Source: Dehalococcoidia bacterium
GTDB taxonomy: Bacteria > Chloroflexota > Dehalococcoidia > UBA6926
DNA: 64,000 nt
Direction: 5' to 3'
Assembly (NCBI GenBank): GCA_965220565.1
Contig: CBDCQG010000001.1
Location: 691,473-755,472 of the forward strand
Below are positions 9,109-18,355 of the stretch, one piece after another. The position numbers and the translations under genes were made by a program. Each line of letters opens with the position of its first letter. Within the stretch, counting starts at the first letter, position 1. Below the pieces are notes generated by a model. The model did no database searches and was not told the DNA's origin. It saw nothing but the letters and a program-made list of their open reading frames with translations.

Positions 9109-10839
9109 CTAGACTCCGACCTTGCTGCCCGCCATGGCCTCGACCTCGGCGGTGATTCTCTCAACCAGGTCTGCCACCTTGAACGGCAGACCCGTGTACT
9201 GGGTAAGGGACTTCGCGTTCACGCCGTGCTGGCGCAGGATGGAGGACAACTGACCAAGGTAGTTGAGCTCCGGTACCAGCACGAGCTTCTTGGATCGCAG
9301 CTCATCCAGCAACTTGGGATTGAGCGGGGAGATGAACATGGTGTAGTACCAGCCCACCGGCACGCCGTTCTCCATCATCTGCTCATACGCCTCATGGGCC
9401 GGGCCCTTTTGGCCACCCCACGGCAGGATTGCGACATCATTTTCCGTGTTGCGCGCCTCGTACGGCGTGTCCTCAAGGAGCTTCAACTTGCCAAACCGGC
9501 GCTCCGTGCCGCGGACGTGATGAATCGGTAGGTGAGTTGTGTCGCCGATCGTATCGTGCTCGCTGGCGTTGGCGACGTATGCGCCGGGGCCGCCGGGCAG
9601 CGGCATGGGTGTAACGGTATCTCCCTCGTAGCGCTTGTACCCGTTCGTGCCAGTGTAAATCTGCCGCGCCTCCACCTCGACGAGGGCCGGATCCGGCTTG
9701 CGGATGTTCTGCACGCGCTCAGAGAGCATGTGGTCCGAAAGAACGATGACAGGGCCCTGGTAGCGCTCCGCCCAATTGAGAGCGTGCATGGCTGCGTAGA
9801 AGCACTCTTCGATGGTGCCGGGCGCAATAACCGGCAGCTGCGAGTCGCCGTGTGCCGGATGCATCGCCATGTACAGGTCGGACTGCTCTGACTTGGTTGG
9901 AAGTCCGGTGGCGGGCCCCCCGCGCTGAACGTCGACGATGACGCACGGAATCTCCATCATCCACGCCATGCCGAGCCCCTCACTCATAAGTGAGAAACCC
10001 GGTCCTGCGGTGGAGGTCATCGCCTTCTTGCCGACAAAGCCCGCGCCGACGATGGTGCTGATGGATTCAATTTCGGAACTTGCCTGGTAGACGAACGTGT
10101 CTTCGCCACGCAGGTTTTGCTCCATGAACACCAGGATGGATGTTGCGGGAGAAATCGGGTATCCAACGAAGAAGTTGACGCCCGCAGCGAGCGCGCCAAG
10201 CCCAAAGCTCTCGTTGCCCTTGATGATGATCTGCTCGTAATCGGGCGGATCGGGGGCGGCCAACTCGCCGAGCGAGAATCCACTGGCCCTTGCAGCATCG
10301 CGCCCAAGCCCGAGGCCCATGCTGTTGGCTGCGACGATCTCGGCGTCGTTTGGGCGCCCGCGCGTGAACCGCTGCACGTTGAAGTCCTCGAGGTATTGTT
10401 CCGGCCACTGAACAAACTGCGCGACGGCGCCGAGGATGACCATGTTGGCGGCTCGCGGGTTGCCGGTTGACTTTCCAAGCTCCTCGTAGGGCAGGGCCAC
10501 GATGTTCATCGAGCCCTTGTCTTCCTCCGGCACTTCAAAGACTGCCGAGTCATAGACGAGGATGCCGCCGTCGCGAAGCTCTTCCTTGTGAACCTGGTAG
10601 GCTTCCTCGTTGAACGCGACGAGCACATCGAGTGTGTCGCCGTTGCTGAGCGCCGGTGTCACGGAAATGCGACACTGGCTCCACGTGGGCCCGCCCATGA
10701 TCTGGGACGGGAAAGTAACGAACGTCATCACGTGGTATCCGACCTGCGCGGCTGCTGCGGCGAGGGCCTCGGATGCGGTCACCATGCCCTGTCCGCCTTC
10801 GCCCGCGAAGCGGATCACAAAGTCTCGTGTGGCTGCCAC
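9109..10839 (-). CDS. korA: 2-oxoacid:ferredoxin oxidoreductase alpha subunit (fused gamma-alpha type)
   Basis: The 576-aa ORF has an N-terminal FAGEGGQGMVTASE (gamma-like) domain followed by the pyrimidine-binding alpha domain. It is in an operon with korB. Confidence 0.85.
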   Translation of the reverse strand: MAATRDFVIRFAGEGGQGMVTASEALAAAAAQVGYHVMTFVTFPSQIMGGPTWSQCRISVTPALSNGDTLDVLVAFNEEAYQVHKEELRDGGILVYDSAVFEVPEEDKGSMNIVALPYEELGKSTGNPRAANMVILGAVAQFVQWPEQYLEDFNVQRFTRGRPNDAEIVAANSMGLGLGRDAARASGFSLGELAAPDPPDYEQIIIKGNESFGLGALAAGVNFFVGYPISPATSILVFMEQNLRGEDTFVYQASSEIESISTIVGAGFVGKKAMTSTAGPGFSLMSEGLGMAWMMEIPCVIVDVQRGGPATGLPTKSEQSDLYMAMHPAHGDSQLPVIAPGTIEECFYAAMHALNWAERYQGPVIVLSDHMLSERVQNIRKPDPALVEVEARQIYTGTNGYKRYEGDTVTPMPLPGGPGAYVANASEHDTIGDTTHLPIHHVRGTERRFGKLKLLEDTPYEARNTENDVAILPWGGQKGPAHEAYEQMMENGVPVGWYYTMFISPLNPKLLDELRSKKLVLVPELNYLGQLSSILRQHGVNAKSLTQYTGLPFKVADLVERITAEVEAMAGSKVGV

Positions 10840-11109
10840 TAATTTCCCCCTTGCGACTTCAATTCTCGGCAGGGCAGAAGTGCATGGCGATTGCTTGAAA
10901 GGCTGTAGTTCCCGAGCCCCCGCAAAGCGTCCGCCATAAACCTGCCCCGTGCATTATGACGCAACGCATTTGAGTATAACAAACGTTTGGATAGCGCGGC
11001 GAATCTATCGGCCAAGATTATGGAACGTTCAGAGACGATTTTAGCAGGGCTAAGGAACACGCCGACTGATATAATCGGCGGCAACATGGCATGAGATGCG
11101 CTCAAGCGC

Positions 11110-12276
11110 ATGAGAGGTACTTACGCAATGTCTGAATCCGTCAATGAAGTAGCCCCCGGTATCTTCCAGATGCGCATTCCCATGCCAGAGAATCCGCTTG
11201 GCTACACCCTCCCGTATCTCGTCACCGGCCCTGACAAACCCATCCTCATTGACACCGGCCTCCGTTCCGAGGATGGCATTGAAGCTCTGGAAGATCAGTT
11301 GGTAGGGCAGTTGGGGATCAAGCCCGGCCAGATCGATTTCATCCTCATTACGCACAACCACCCGGATCACTACGGCCTTGCCATCGACGCCAAGAAGCTC
11401 ACCGGCGGCCGCACGGCTATGCACCGCATCGACTGGGAGCAGAGCCCGTTCCGTGCAGCGATGGAGGCGATCAAGCGTGATCCTAGGGCGGCGCGAACAG
11501 ATGGTGACGACCGCATGAAGGCGTGGTATCGCCGACACGGTGTGCCGGACGAAGAACTGCAAGGCGAAATATTTGGAGGAAGGCGAGGTCGCCGCGCAAT
11601 TGACGAAGAAGAGCGGCGACAGGAGCACCCGGAAGGCATCCCGTCTCATGGCGACTCCGCAGAACGCAGCGCGGGAGAAGAACGCGAGGCGCAGCAGTGG
11701 GCGTTGTTCCGCGAGTTTGAGCCGCCTGATCTGCTGCTGGACGGCTCAGAGGTCTACAAGACCGGCACGTACAATCTGCGCGCGTTCTGGACACCCGGCC
11801 ACACCCCCGGTCACCTCTGCTGGGTGGATGAGGAAGCCCGGATCGTCTTCACCGGCGACCACATCCTGCCCATCATCACGTCCAACGTCTCCGTGCGGAT
11901 GACATCGGATGGGGACCCGTTGGGTGATTATCTTGATTCGGTTGCAAAGGTGGGCGAACTGGACGTTGATCTCGTCCTGCCCGCGCATGAACACCATTTC
12001 ACCGATCTCAAGGGGCGCGTGAATGAACTCCATAAACACCACGACGCTCGCCTGGATGCCGTCCTCAAAGCGGCGGACGGCCCGCCGCGTACCGCCTATG
12101 AGGTCGCGGCAGGCGTGCCGTGGGATGTCGGTTCATGGGAAGAGATGGATGAGTTCCTGCGCCGGGCCGCTGTTGGAGAGACGCTTTCGCACCTTGAACA
12201 CCTGAGCCGCAAGGGAACAACACAGCGTATCCGTGAAGAGGGGTCGCCACTCGTAAAGTGGCAATCACAGACGTAG
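11110..12276 (+). CDS. MBL-fold metallo-hydrolase
   Basis: It has the HxHxDH motif (ITHNHPDHYG) and a downstream His/Asp ligand set. The true start is possibly at MSESVNE (11128). Confidence 0.7.
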   Translation: MRGTYAMSESVNEVAPGIFQMRIPMPENPLGYTLPYLVTGPDKPILIDTGLRSEDGIEALEDQLVGQLGIKPGQIDFILITHNHPDHYGLAIDAKKLTGGRTAMHRIDWEQSPFRAAMEAIKRDPRAARTDGDDRMKAWYRRHGVPDEELQGEIFGGRRGRRAIDEEERRQEHPEGIPSHGDSAERSAGEEREAQQWALFREFEPPDLLLDGSEVYKTGTYNLRAFWTPGHTPGHLCWVDEEARIVFTGDHILPIITSNVSVRMTSDGDPLGDYLDSVAKVGELDVDLVLPAHEHHFTDLKGRVNELHKHHDARLDAVLKAADGPPRTAYEVAAGVPWDVGSWEEMDEFLRRAAVGETLSHLEHLSRKGTTQRIREEGSPLVKWQSQT

Positions 12277-13169
12277 GCGAGCAACGATGTAAACTGGTCG
12301 GACAAGCGCGGGGAGATGACATGGCGGACGTAGCGACTTCCGTACAGGCTCTCAAGGAAACGGCGTCGGCGCATGAAGGGCGCAATATCGTCGACCGCGC
12401 CTTTGCTCGCGAAGTCGAAACCCTTCTTGACGGCTTCTACGCGGATATCACCCAACTAAAACGGATTGAACTGCAGAGCCTGTTTGACCTGTTCCTCCTC
12501 AAGGCGCTGTACATCGACCGCCACAGCACCAGCATCGCCACGCTTGACTATCTTGGGGGCTTGCTCGCGCGCCACGTGCGGATGCGAGAAATCTTTCCGA
12601 TACCGGACCTCGCCGCCCACTTCGGCAACCTGCTGGAAAGCCTCATGGAAGAGGCGGAGCATGGCGCGGCGCGGGAGGCGCAGAATCTCTTTGAGGCCAA
12701 CCGCAACATCGCAGACAGCACCCTGTTCCTTATCGGCATCTTCCCCGCCAGCCTGACCGGTCGCCGCGGCAGGTGGCGCCGTCGCCGCCATCCCGCGATG
12801 CAGGCCATCCCCCGGCTGGACATCAGCTACTACACGCGGCTGGGGCGGAGTCACTATGCGCTCGCATCTGAACATGAGCTGGCGCGGTGGACGGGTCTGG
12901 ACCAAACTCTCTCACGCCTCGCGGCGAATTTTGAGTTGTACGCGGGCGTGCTGTCTGAGGTTGCGCAGACATTCATCCATGGCGTTGACGTGCAGCGTGT
13001 GACGAATCTCATGCTGGACAGCTATAACGCGTGGCGTCGGACGGGCGATCCGCAAAGGATGGAGGAGCTGCGCAAGTACGCGGCTCTGCTCGCCCTGGAT
13101 CCGAGGCGGGCATTCTCACGTTTGCGGCGTCGTCAGCGTTACGTTCTGCTCGATCCCGCCGGTCAATAG
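12258..13169 (+). CDS. Hypothetical protein (start possibly at 12321, MADVATS)
   Basis: The 303-aa ORF has no recognisable motifs. It overlaps the end of the MBL gene. Confidence 0.35.
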   Translation: MAITDVGEQRCKLVGQARGDDMADVATSVQALKETASAHEGRNIVDRAFAREVETLLDGFYADITQLKRIELQSLFDLFLLKALYIDRHSTSIATLDYLGGLLARHVRMREIFPIPDLAAHFGNLLESLMEEAEHGAAREAQNLFEANRNIADSTLFLIGIFPASLTGRRGRWRRRRHPAMQAIPRLDISYYTRLGRSHYALASEHELARWTGLDQTLSRLAANFELYAGVLSEVAQTFIHGVDVQRVTNLMLDSYNAWRRTGDPQRMEELRKYAALLALDPRRAFSRLRRRQRYVLLDPAGQ

Positions 13170-13173
13170 CCTG

Positions 13174-13683
13174 TCAGTCCTGTGACAGGGGCAGCGTAAA
13201 TTCGCGTCGCAGCCGCTCGTCGTTTTCCGGCGTCTCCGGCTTTGCTTCGTCCGCCCACAGACTGCCTGCAATTTCAGTAACAACCAGCACGGGCAGGGGG
13301 CCGCCGGCGGGTCCGGCAATCAGTTCGCCGAGGCGGTTGAAGATCGAAGCGTCGCGGGAACAGTAGAAGCGGCCGATTGAGGACAGGGCGTCCTCGGATT
13401 GATCATCGCCCCGCCACGCGATCAGTGCATCGTCATTTGGGCAGCGCGAACGCAGGGCGAGAATGCCGGTTTCCGTGCGGACGGCGTAGATGTCGGCACG
13501 ACGGGGTGATGCGACAACCTCGCCGACCGCCAGGTCACGCAGGCTTGCGATAGTGCCAAGGAGCACGAGATTCTCAGCGGCTGAAGGGCGTGACGGCTCC
13601 GTGGACGCAGCCGGATCATCCCGCCGCCATGACATGGTGAGGAAGGCGCGGCGGCTCAGTTCGTTCTCGTCGTTGCCAGTCAT
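13174..13683 (-). CDS. Hypothetical protein
   Basis: 169-aa ORF. The call rests on coding potential only. Confidence 0.3.
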   Translation of the reverse strand: MTGNDENELSRRAFLTMSWRRDDPAASTEPSRPSAAENLVLLGTIASLRDLAVGEVVASPRRADIYAVRTETGILALRSRCPNDDALIAWRGDDQSEDALSSIGRFYCSRDASIFNRLGELIAGPAGGPLPVLVVTEIAGSLWADEAKPETPENDERLRREFTLPLSQD

Positions 13684-13794
13684 TTCAAGCTCGTGGGCAT
13701 CATTCCGGCTGTCTCTTTGGCCTTTCCTGCAACCGTTGTATCATGGTGAACGCAGTGTAAACGAGGGTACTGGCCTCAGAACACGGCAATTCGC

Positions 13795-13888
13795 GGAGGG
13801 ATCGCATAGCCAGGTCTAGTGCGGCCGCCTGCTAAGCGGTTTGTCCTTTAATCGGGACACATGGGTTCGAATCCCATTCCCTCCGCCA
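13795..13888 (+). tRNA. tRNA-Ser (anticodon GCT), long variable arm, CCA encoded
   Basis: The acceptor stem GGAGGGA/TCCCTCC pairs, followed by discriminator G and CCA. The anticodon loop CTGCTAA and a long extra arm are visible. The T-loop reads GGTTCGAATCC. Confidence 0.85.
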
Positions 13889-13942
13889 TCGCATATAATC
13901 CGCCCGCAACGGGCAATCAAACGGGGATGGCGAGGGACGGGA

Positions 13943-15280
13943 ATGGCGAGTTATCACCTGTGGACGGTCGGTTGTCAGATGAACACGGCCGACTCAGACC
14001 GTCTCGGTCTCTCCCTTAACGAGTTGGGGTACGAGTCCGTCCAGAAGGCGGAGGATGCCGATATCGTCGTCCTCAATAGCTGCGTCGTGCGGCAGGGCGC
14101 GGAGGACAAGGTCGTCGGCAGGCTGGATTCCCTCAAGTCGTACAAGAAGAAGAACCCGGACGCGACCATTGCCCTGATGGGCTGCATGGTCGGCCCGCGA
14201 ACGGACGCCCTGCGCGAGAGATTCCCTCACGTGGATTTCTTCCTGCGCCCGCAGGACTTCACCGCGCTCGTCGAGTTCGCCGCGGATCGGCAGGGCATCT
14301 CCTGCGACACTGACCAGGCATTCCTCGTCCCGTCGCGGCCCACGGTGAGCACCTTCGTGCCCATCATCCAGGGCTGCGATGAGTTCTGCACCTATTGCAT
14401 CGTGCCCTATCGGCGGGGCAGGGAAACAAGCCGCCCCGTCGATGAACTGGTCAGGGAGGCCGAGATGCTGGCGGCGCGGGGCGCGAAGGAGATCACCCTC
14501 CTCGGTCAGATCGTCGACCGCTACGGCCACGACTTGCCTGACAAGCCTGATCTTGCCGATCTGCTGCGCGCCATCCATCCGGTGGAGGGATTGGAGCGTA
14601 TCCGGTTTCTGACGTCGCATCCGCGGGACATGACGCAGCGCATCCTCGATGCCGTCGCAGAACTCCCAAAGGCGTGTGAACACCTCAATCTGCCGTTCCA
14701 GGCCGGCTCGGACAAGGTCCTGGAGCGAATGCGCCGCCCGTACACCATCGCGCGCTATCTGGAGCTTATTGAGCGCGCGCGGGAAACGATCCCGGGCGTG
14801 GCCGTCAGCACGGACGTGATCGTCGGGTTCTGCGGTGAGACCGACGAAGAGTTCCAGCAGACGATGGACGTTCTGGAGCAGGTGAAGTTCGACATCGTAC
14901 ACGTCGCGCCGTACTCAACGCGCCCCGGAACCATCGCGGATCGCAAACTCGTGGATGATGTTCCGCCCAAGGTGAAGATAGAGCGGCGCAAGGCCGTTGA
15001 AGAATTGCAGGAGCGGATTGTCACGGAGTTGAACGCGCCATTGGCCGGTACTCGCCAGGAGATTCTCATCGAGCGGCGTGTGAAGGATGCGTGGACGGGA
15101 CGGACACGGACCAACAAGATCGTCCACGTGCAGGGCTCCGACGCCGATCTTGAAGGCCACGTTGTGGACGTTGATATCGTGCGCGCCGGCCCGTGGTCCC
15201 TGACGGCAGTCCTCCCGGGCGACAACCATTCCGGTTATGAGCCTGTGCAATCCAGGGAGTTCACGCTAACTCCTGTGTAA
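13943..15280 (+). CDS. miaB: tRNA-i6A37 methylthiotransferase MiaB (radical SAM)
   Basis: It has the MTTase N-terminal domain (YHLWTVGCQMN), the radical-SAM CxxxCxxC motif (CDEFCTYC) and a C-terminal TRAM domain. The ORF track extends the start to 13841, which runs into the tRNA-Ser. The ATG at 13943 is the more plausible start. Confidence 0.85.
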   Translation: MASYHLWTVGCQMNTADSDRLGLSLNELGYESVQKAEDADIVVLNSCVVRQGAEDKVVGRLDSLKSYKKKNPDATIALMGCMVGPRTDALRERFPHVDFFLRPQDFTALVEFAADRQGISCDTDQAFLVPSRPTVSTFVPIIQGCDEFCTYCIVPYRRGRETSRPVDELVREAEMLAARGAKEITLLGQIVDRYGHDLPDKPDLADLLRAIHPVEGLERIRFLTSHPRDMTQRILDAVAELPKACEHLNLPFQAGSDKVLERMRRPYTIARYLELIERARETIPGVAVSTDVIVGFCGETDEEFQQTMDVLEQVKFDIVHVAPYSTRPGTIADRKLVDDVPPKVKIERRKAVEELQERIVTELNAPLAGTRQEILIERRVKDAWTGRTRTNKIVHVQGSDADLEGHVVDVDIVRAGPWSLTAVLPGDNHSGYEPVQSREFTLTPV

Positions 15281-15369
15281 TTCCTCCCTCATTCCGGCGA
15301 ATCCGAAAGAAAAGGGGCGGCCATTTGGCCGCCCCTTCTGCTATCTGGGAAGTGGATCGCTTGGCGCGA

Positions 15370-16113
15370 TTACTCCATGCTCTCGACTTCGATGTCCTTG
15401 ATGGTGATCTCGCCGGCGGTCATATTGCCGGTGAACGTGAATTCCGCACCGAACACGGCGAAGTTGAAGGGCGCTGTACTTGGATCGAAGAACGTTGTGA
15501 ACTCGAAGCTGTCACCGGCGCCTCCGCCGCCCATGCCGCCGTCAACGGCCGTCACGCGGTAGCTGGCCGGTTCGGGGGCCGTGCGGCTGCCATGGACCGC
15601 CTTGAACTCCTCAGGCACCAGCGCATTCTCGGTGAGGTCGACTTCCGTGAAGCAGTCCAGCGTGCCCGTAAGGACGATCTGTGTCGAGCCATCGGCGTTG
15701 GTGGAGATTTCATAGCTGTCGACGCTATTGGAGGCCATGGCCATGTAGAACGTGTGGGCCTCAATCGGGATTTCACCCAGCCCATTCGTCGGCATCACGA
15801 AGTCCGTGAAGTTCGTGTCCACGCGGCACATGGCATATTCGGTGCTGAACGAGAAGACCTCGTCCATGACGTGGACGACGCTGCCGTCCAGCGTGGGCAT
15901 CGGCTTCTCATTGACGCCTCCGCCGAACGCGGTAATGGCCGCCAGTTCCTCAACCTGTCCGGCAAGAGCGCCCTTATCGCTCTCCAGCGCCGCATTGTCG
16001 TCTTCAAGCCCGCTGATTGTTCCCTGCTGCGAGAAATACGCCGCGCCGCCCGCGATGATCGCAAGCACCAATGCCGCAACCGCCGCAATTGAAAGTGGAA
16101 CGTTGTTGTTCAC
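15370..16113 (-). CDS. Hypothetical membrane-anchored protein (N-terminal TM, coiled-coil, Gly-rich C-terminal domain)
   Basis: The 247-aa ORF has the hydrophobic segment IAAVAALVLAIIAGGAAYF. No known motifs were recognised. Confidence 0.4.
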   Translation of the reverse strand: MNNNVPLSIAAVAALVLAIIAGGAAYFSQQGTISGLEDDNAALESDKGALAGQVEELAAITAFGGGVNEKPMPTLDGSVVHVMDEVFSFSTEYAMCRVDTNFTDFVMPTNGLGEIPIEAHTFYMAMASNSVDSYEISTNADGSTQIVLTGTLDCFTEVDLTENALVPEEFKAVHGSRTAPEPASYRVTAVDGGMGGGGAGDSFEFTTFFDPSTAPFNFAVFGAEFTFTGNMTAGEITIKDIEVESME

Positions 16114-16203
16114 GTAAACAGTCCTCCCCGGGAGAAGCCCCTTAACGCATGGCTAACATTGCCGTTTACTGTATCCCACTATTGCAAAACGGGAAAGCAA
16201 ATC

Positions 16204-16229
16204 TATAAATACGCATATGCGTATTTATA
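16204..16229. promoter_or_regulatory. Perfect 26-bp AT-rich palindrome TATAAATACGCATATGCGTATTTATA (candidate operator / factor-binding site)
   Basis: The palindrome is read directly from the sequence. It sits in an AT-rich intergenic region about 90 bp upstream of the start of the minus-strand gene at 16113 and downstream of the zinc-ribbon gene. Confidence 0.5.
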
Positions 16230-16248
16230 TCGGGCAGCGTTTAATCAC

Positions 16249-16434
16249 TTAAGAGTTTTGTATCGGCTCAAGCATCCACGCTGCCCACGCCCGCAACTGC
16301 TCCTCGATGTCATTGCCGCAGCGGGGACATTCGTAGTCGCCGTAGCGGATACGGGTCTTGCACTCGGGGCAGGAGATCGTGGCGGTGCTCATTGCCTGCA
16401 CCACGTGGGTGATCTGTTCTTCGGTGGCACTCAT
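16249..16434 (-). CDS. Small zinc-ribbon protein (CPxC...CPxC)
   Basis: The 61-aa ORF carries the CPECKTRIRYGDYECPRCGN four-Cys zinc-ribbon. Confidence 0.45.
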   Translation of the reverse strand: MSATEEQITHVVQAMSTATISCPECKTRIRYGDYECPRCGNDIEEQLRAWAAWMLEPIQNS

Positions 16435-16534
16435 ATCTGCTGAATCGGCATCATCCCTTCATAATGGTTGCCTACCGATGCTAGCACGGCACAGGCTATG
16501 TCACCGCTAACCCGGTGACAGAACGGGGAAAAGT

Positions 16535-18310
16535 CTAGGCGTCCCGCTCCGGCAGGAACTTCGCTTGCCGGTGTATCCCGGTTGCGCCGCTGGGCCTGTT
16601 GCCCATCTGCGCCTCGATCTGCGGCGTCCCATCGGCCTCGTAGCAGCGAACCCGCATGCTGTGATTGCCCGCGTCAAACGGCCAATCGTATCGCCAGAGC
16701 ACCCACGTTGTGTCCGAAAGCGGCTGGCGAAGCTCCGCCGGCTGCCATGCTCCATTGTCCACGCTGACCTCGACTCGCGAGATTCCGCGCGCGCCTGCAT
16801 AGGCGATGCCGCCAACCGGCACCAGCGTCTGGCCGTCGCGTTCGAATGCCGCCTGGTCCGAGATCGTGTCCACGACGGACGTGGCGCGCACCCGCGCGAC
16901 CTCATCCCACCGCCGTGATACCCAGTACCCCTCCGTGTATTCTTCCTGCACCGTCATATTCGTTATCCACTTCGGCTGCTTCATGCCGTACCGGTCAGGC
17001 AGCCAGATGCGGAGCGGGAAGCCGTGCTCCACGGGTATCGGCCTCTCATCCCACGCATAGGCGAGCATGATGCGCTCGTCCTGGTCGATGAGTTCGAGAT
17101 CAACAATCTCGTGGAAGCCGTCCCCGCTCTCGATGTTCACGTACCGGGCCCCCGGCAGCGGCTGAACATCCGCCAGAATGTCCTTGAAGCTTGCACCCGT
17201 CCATTGCGTCGTGCTGATCAGCGGCCCGCCAACACGATTGGAGATGCACGAGAGCGTGACAAACTGGCTGCGAGGCTCGTAATTGTTGCGGATGTCCTCG
17301 ATCGACAACTCGACGGGATTCCCCACCAGGCCGCTGATGGGCAGCACCCATGATGCCCCGTCGATAACCGTCGGCGTCGTCCGGATGAAGATGCGATAGT
17401 GATCCTCAACGGCAGTGTACTCGGCTCGCGTGCCCGGAGCGGGCATCACCGGATCGCCATCGTTCGGGAACGACGTAATGCCCCCTGCCATCAGCTCCTC
17501 ATCCATCCCCTCAGGCATGGTGACTGAGGACCCGCCGCTGCCCGCGTTGCCGATGAGATTTCCTGTCACTGATCCCGCGACCGTGATAACCGCCGCGGCG
17601 CCTCCCACCCGGACGATGAACTCGCGGCGGTTCATCCCGCCGTCCACACCCCACGTCGGTTGTGCCGAGGCCTCCTGGTATTGCCGTGTGTGAACCACCG
17701 GAGGCGGCTCCTCAACACCCTCCATGTCCTCCGGGACGTCCTCAGGCATAGTGGGCTCAACCGGCGAATCGAGGCCGGCCGCCATCGGTGAGGGCAGGGG
17801 CTCGTCCGCCGTGCGCGGCAGCACACCCTCAAGAACATGACCTGAGGCATAGCCCCACAACGCATATGCTCCTGTGATCCACACCACGCTCACGACTGCC
17901 GGCAGCGTTGATCCGCCAATGGCAAGAGACACGAACGTCAGAGCAAGGCCGTTGACAATGCCCGCGTAGAGGGCAACCCGGCGAAGGTTGAGCGTGAGGG
18001 CAGGGGCAATGACCGCCACGAGTGTGATCAGCGCCACGCCCATGCCGAAGAACTGCAGGAGGGCGATGGCCAACTCGGCCGTCTTCGCCGTATCCGCCAC
18101 GTCCAGCCCGACAAGGATCATCCCGTCGATGAACAGGTCCAGCCCGAATGTGACAAGCGGCCCCGGCAGAACGCGTGTTATCCAGTCGAAGAAGTCATAA
18201 GGGGGGAAGGGAAGTTCAAATAGCTTGTTGGCCAGATAAAACAGCGCCATCAATGGCGCCGTTACCATGGCTCCCGCCGCCGCTCCGCCGATTATCCGTG
18301 ACCAGGGCAT
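16535..18310 (-). CDS. Molybdopterin-dependent oxidoreductase (sulfite-oxidase family) with N-terminal polytopic membrane extension and internal twin-arginine motif
   Basis: The C-terminal two-thirds has the Oxidored_molyb core (FVTLSCISNRVGG, HGFPLRIWLPDRYGMKQPKWI) and a dimerisation/Ig-like end. An RREFIV Tat-like motif lies at about residue 235, after 4-5 TM helices. The translation start is ambiguous. Confidence 0.65.
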   Translation of the reverse strand: MPWSRIIGGAAAGAMVTAPLMALFYLANKLFELPFPPYDFFDWITRVLPGPLVTFGLDLFIDGMILVGLDVADTAKTAELAIALLQFFGMGVALITLVAVIAPALTLNLRRVALYAGIVNGLALTFVSLAIGGSTLPAVVSVVWITGAYALWGYASGHVLEGVLPRTADEPLPSPMAAGLDSPVEPTMPEDVPEDMEGVEEPPPVVHTRQYQEASAQPTWGVDGGMNRREFIVRVGGAAAVITVAGSVTGNLIGNAGSGGSSVTMPEGMDEELMAGGITSFPNDGDPVMPAPGTRAEYTAVEDHYRIFIRTTPTVIDGASWVLPISGLVGNPVELSIEDIRNNYEPRSQFVTLSCISNRVGGPLISTTQWTGASFKDILADVQPLPGARYVNIESGDGFHEIVDLELIDQDERIMLAYAWDERPIPVEHGFPLRIWLPDRYGMKQPKWITNMTVQEEYTEGYWVSRRWDEVARVRATSVVDTISDQAAFERDGQTLVPVGGIAYAGARGISRVEVSVDNGAWQPAELRQPLSDTTWVLWRYDWPFDAGNHSMRVRCYEADGTPQIEAQMGNRPSGATGIHRQAKFLPERDA

Positions 18311-18355
18311 GACAGACTCCTACTACTCACACCCAATAATACTCATTTCGCCAAC

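Noticed and set aside
13841-13942. N-terminal extension of miaB (MSFNRDTWVRIPFPPP...)
   Set aside because: It overlaps the tRNA-Ser gene and lacks conservation. An internal ATG at 13943 gives the canonical MiaB N-terminus.
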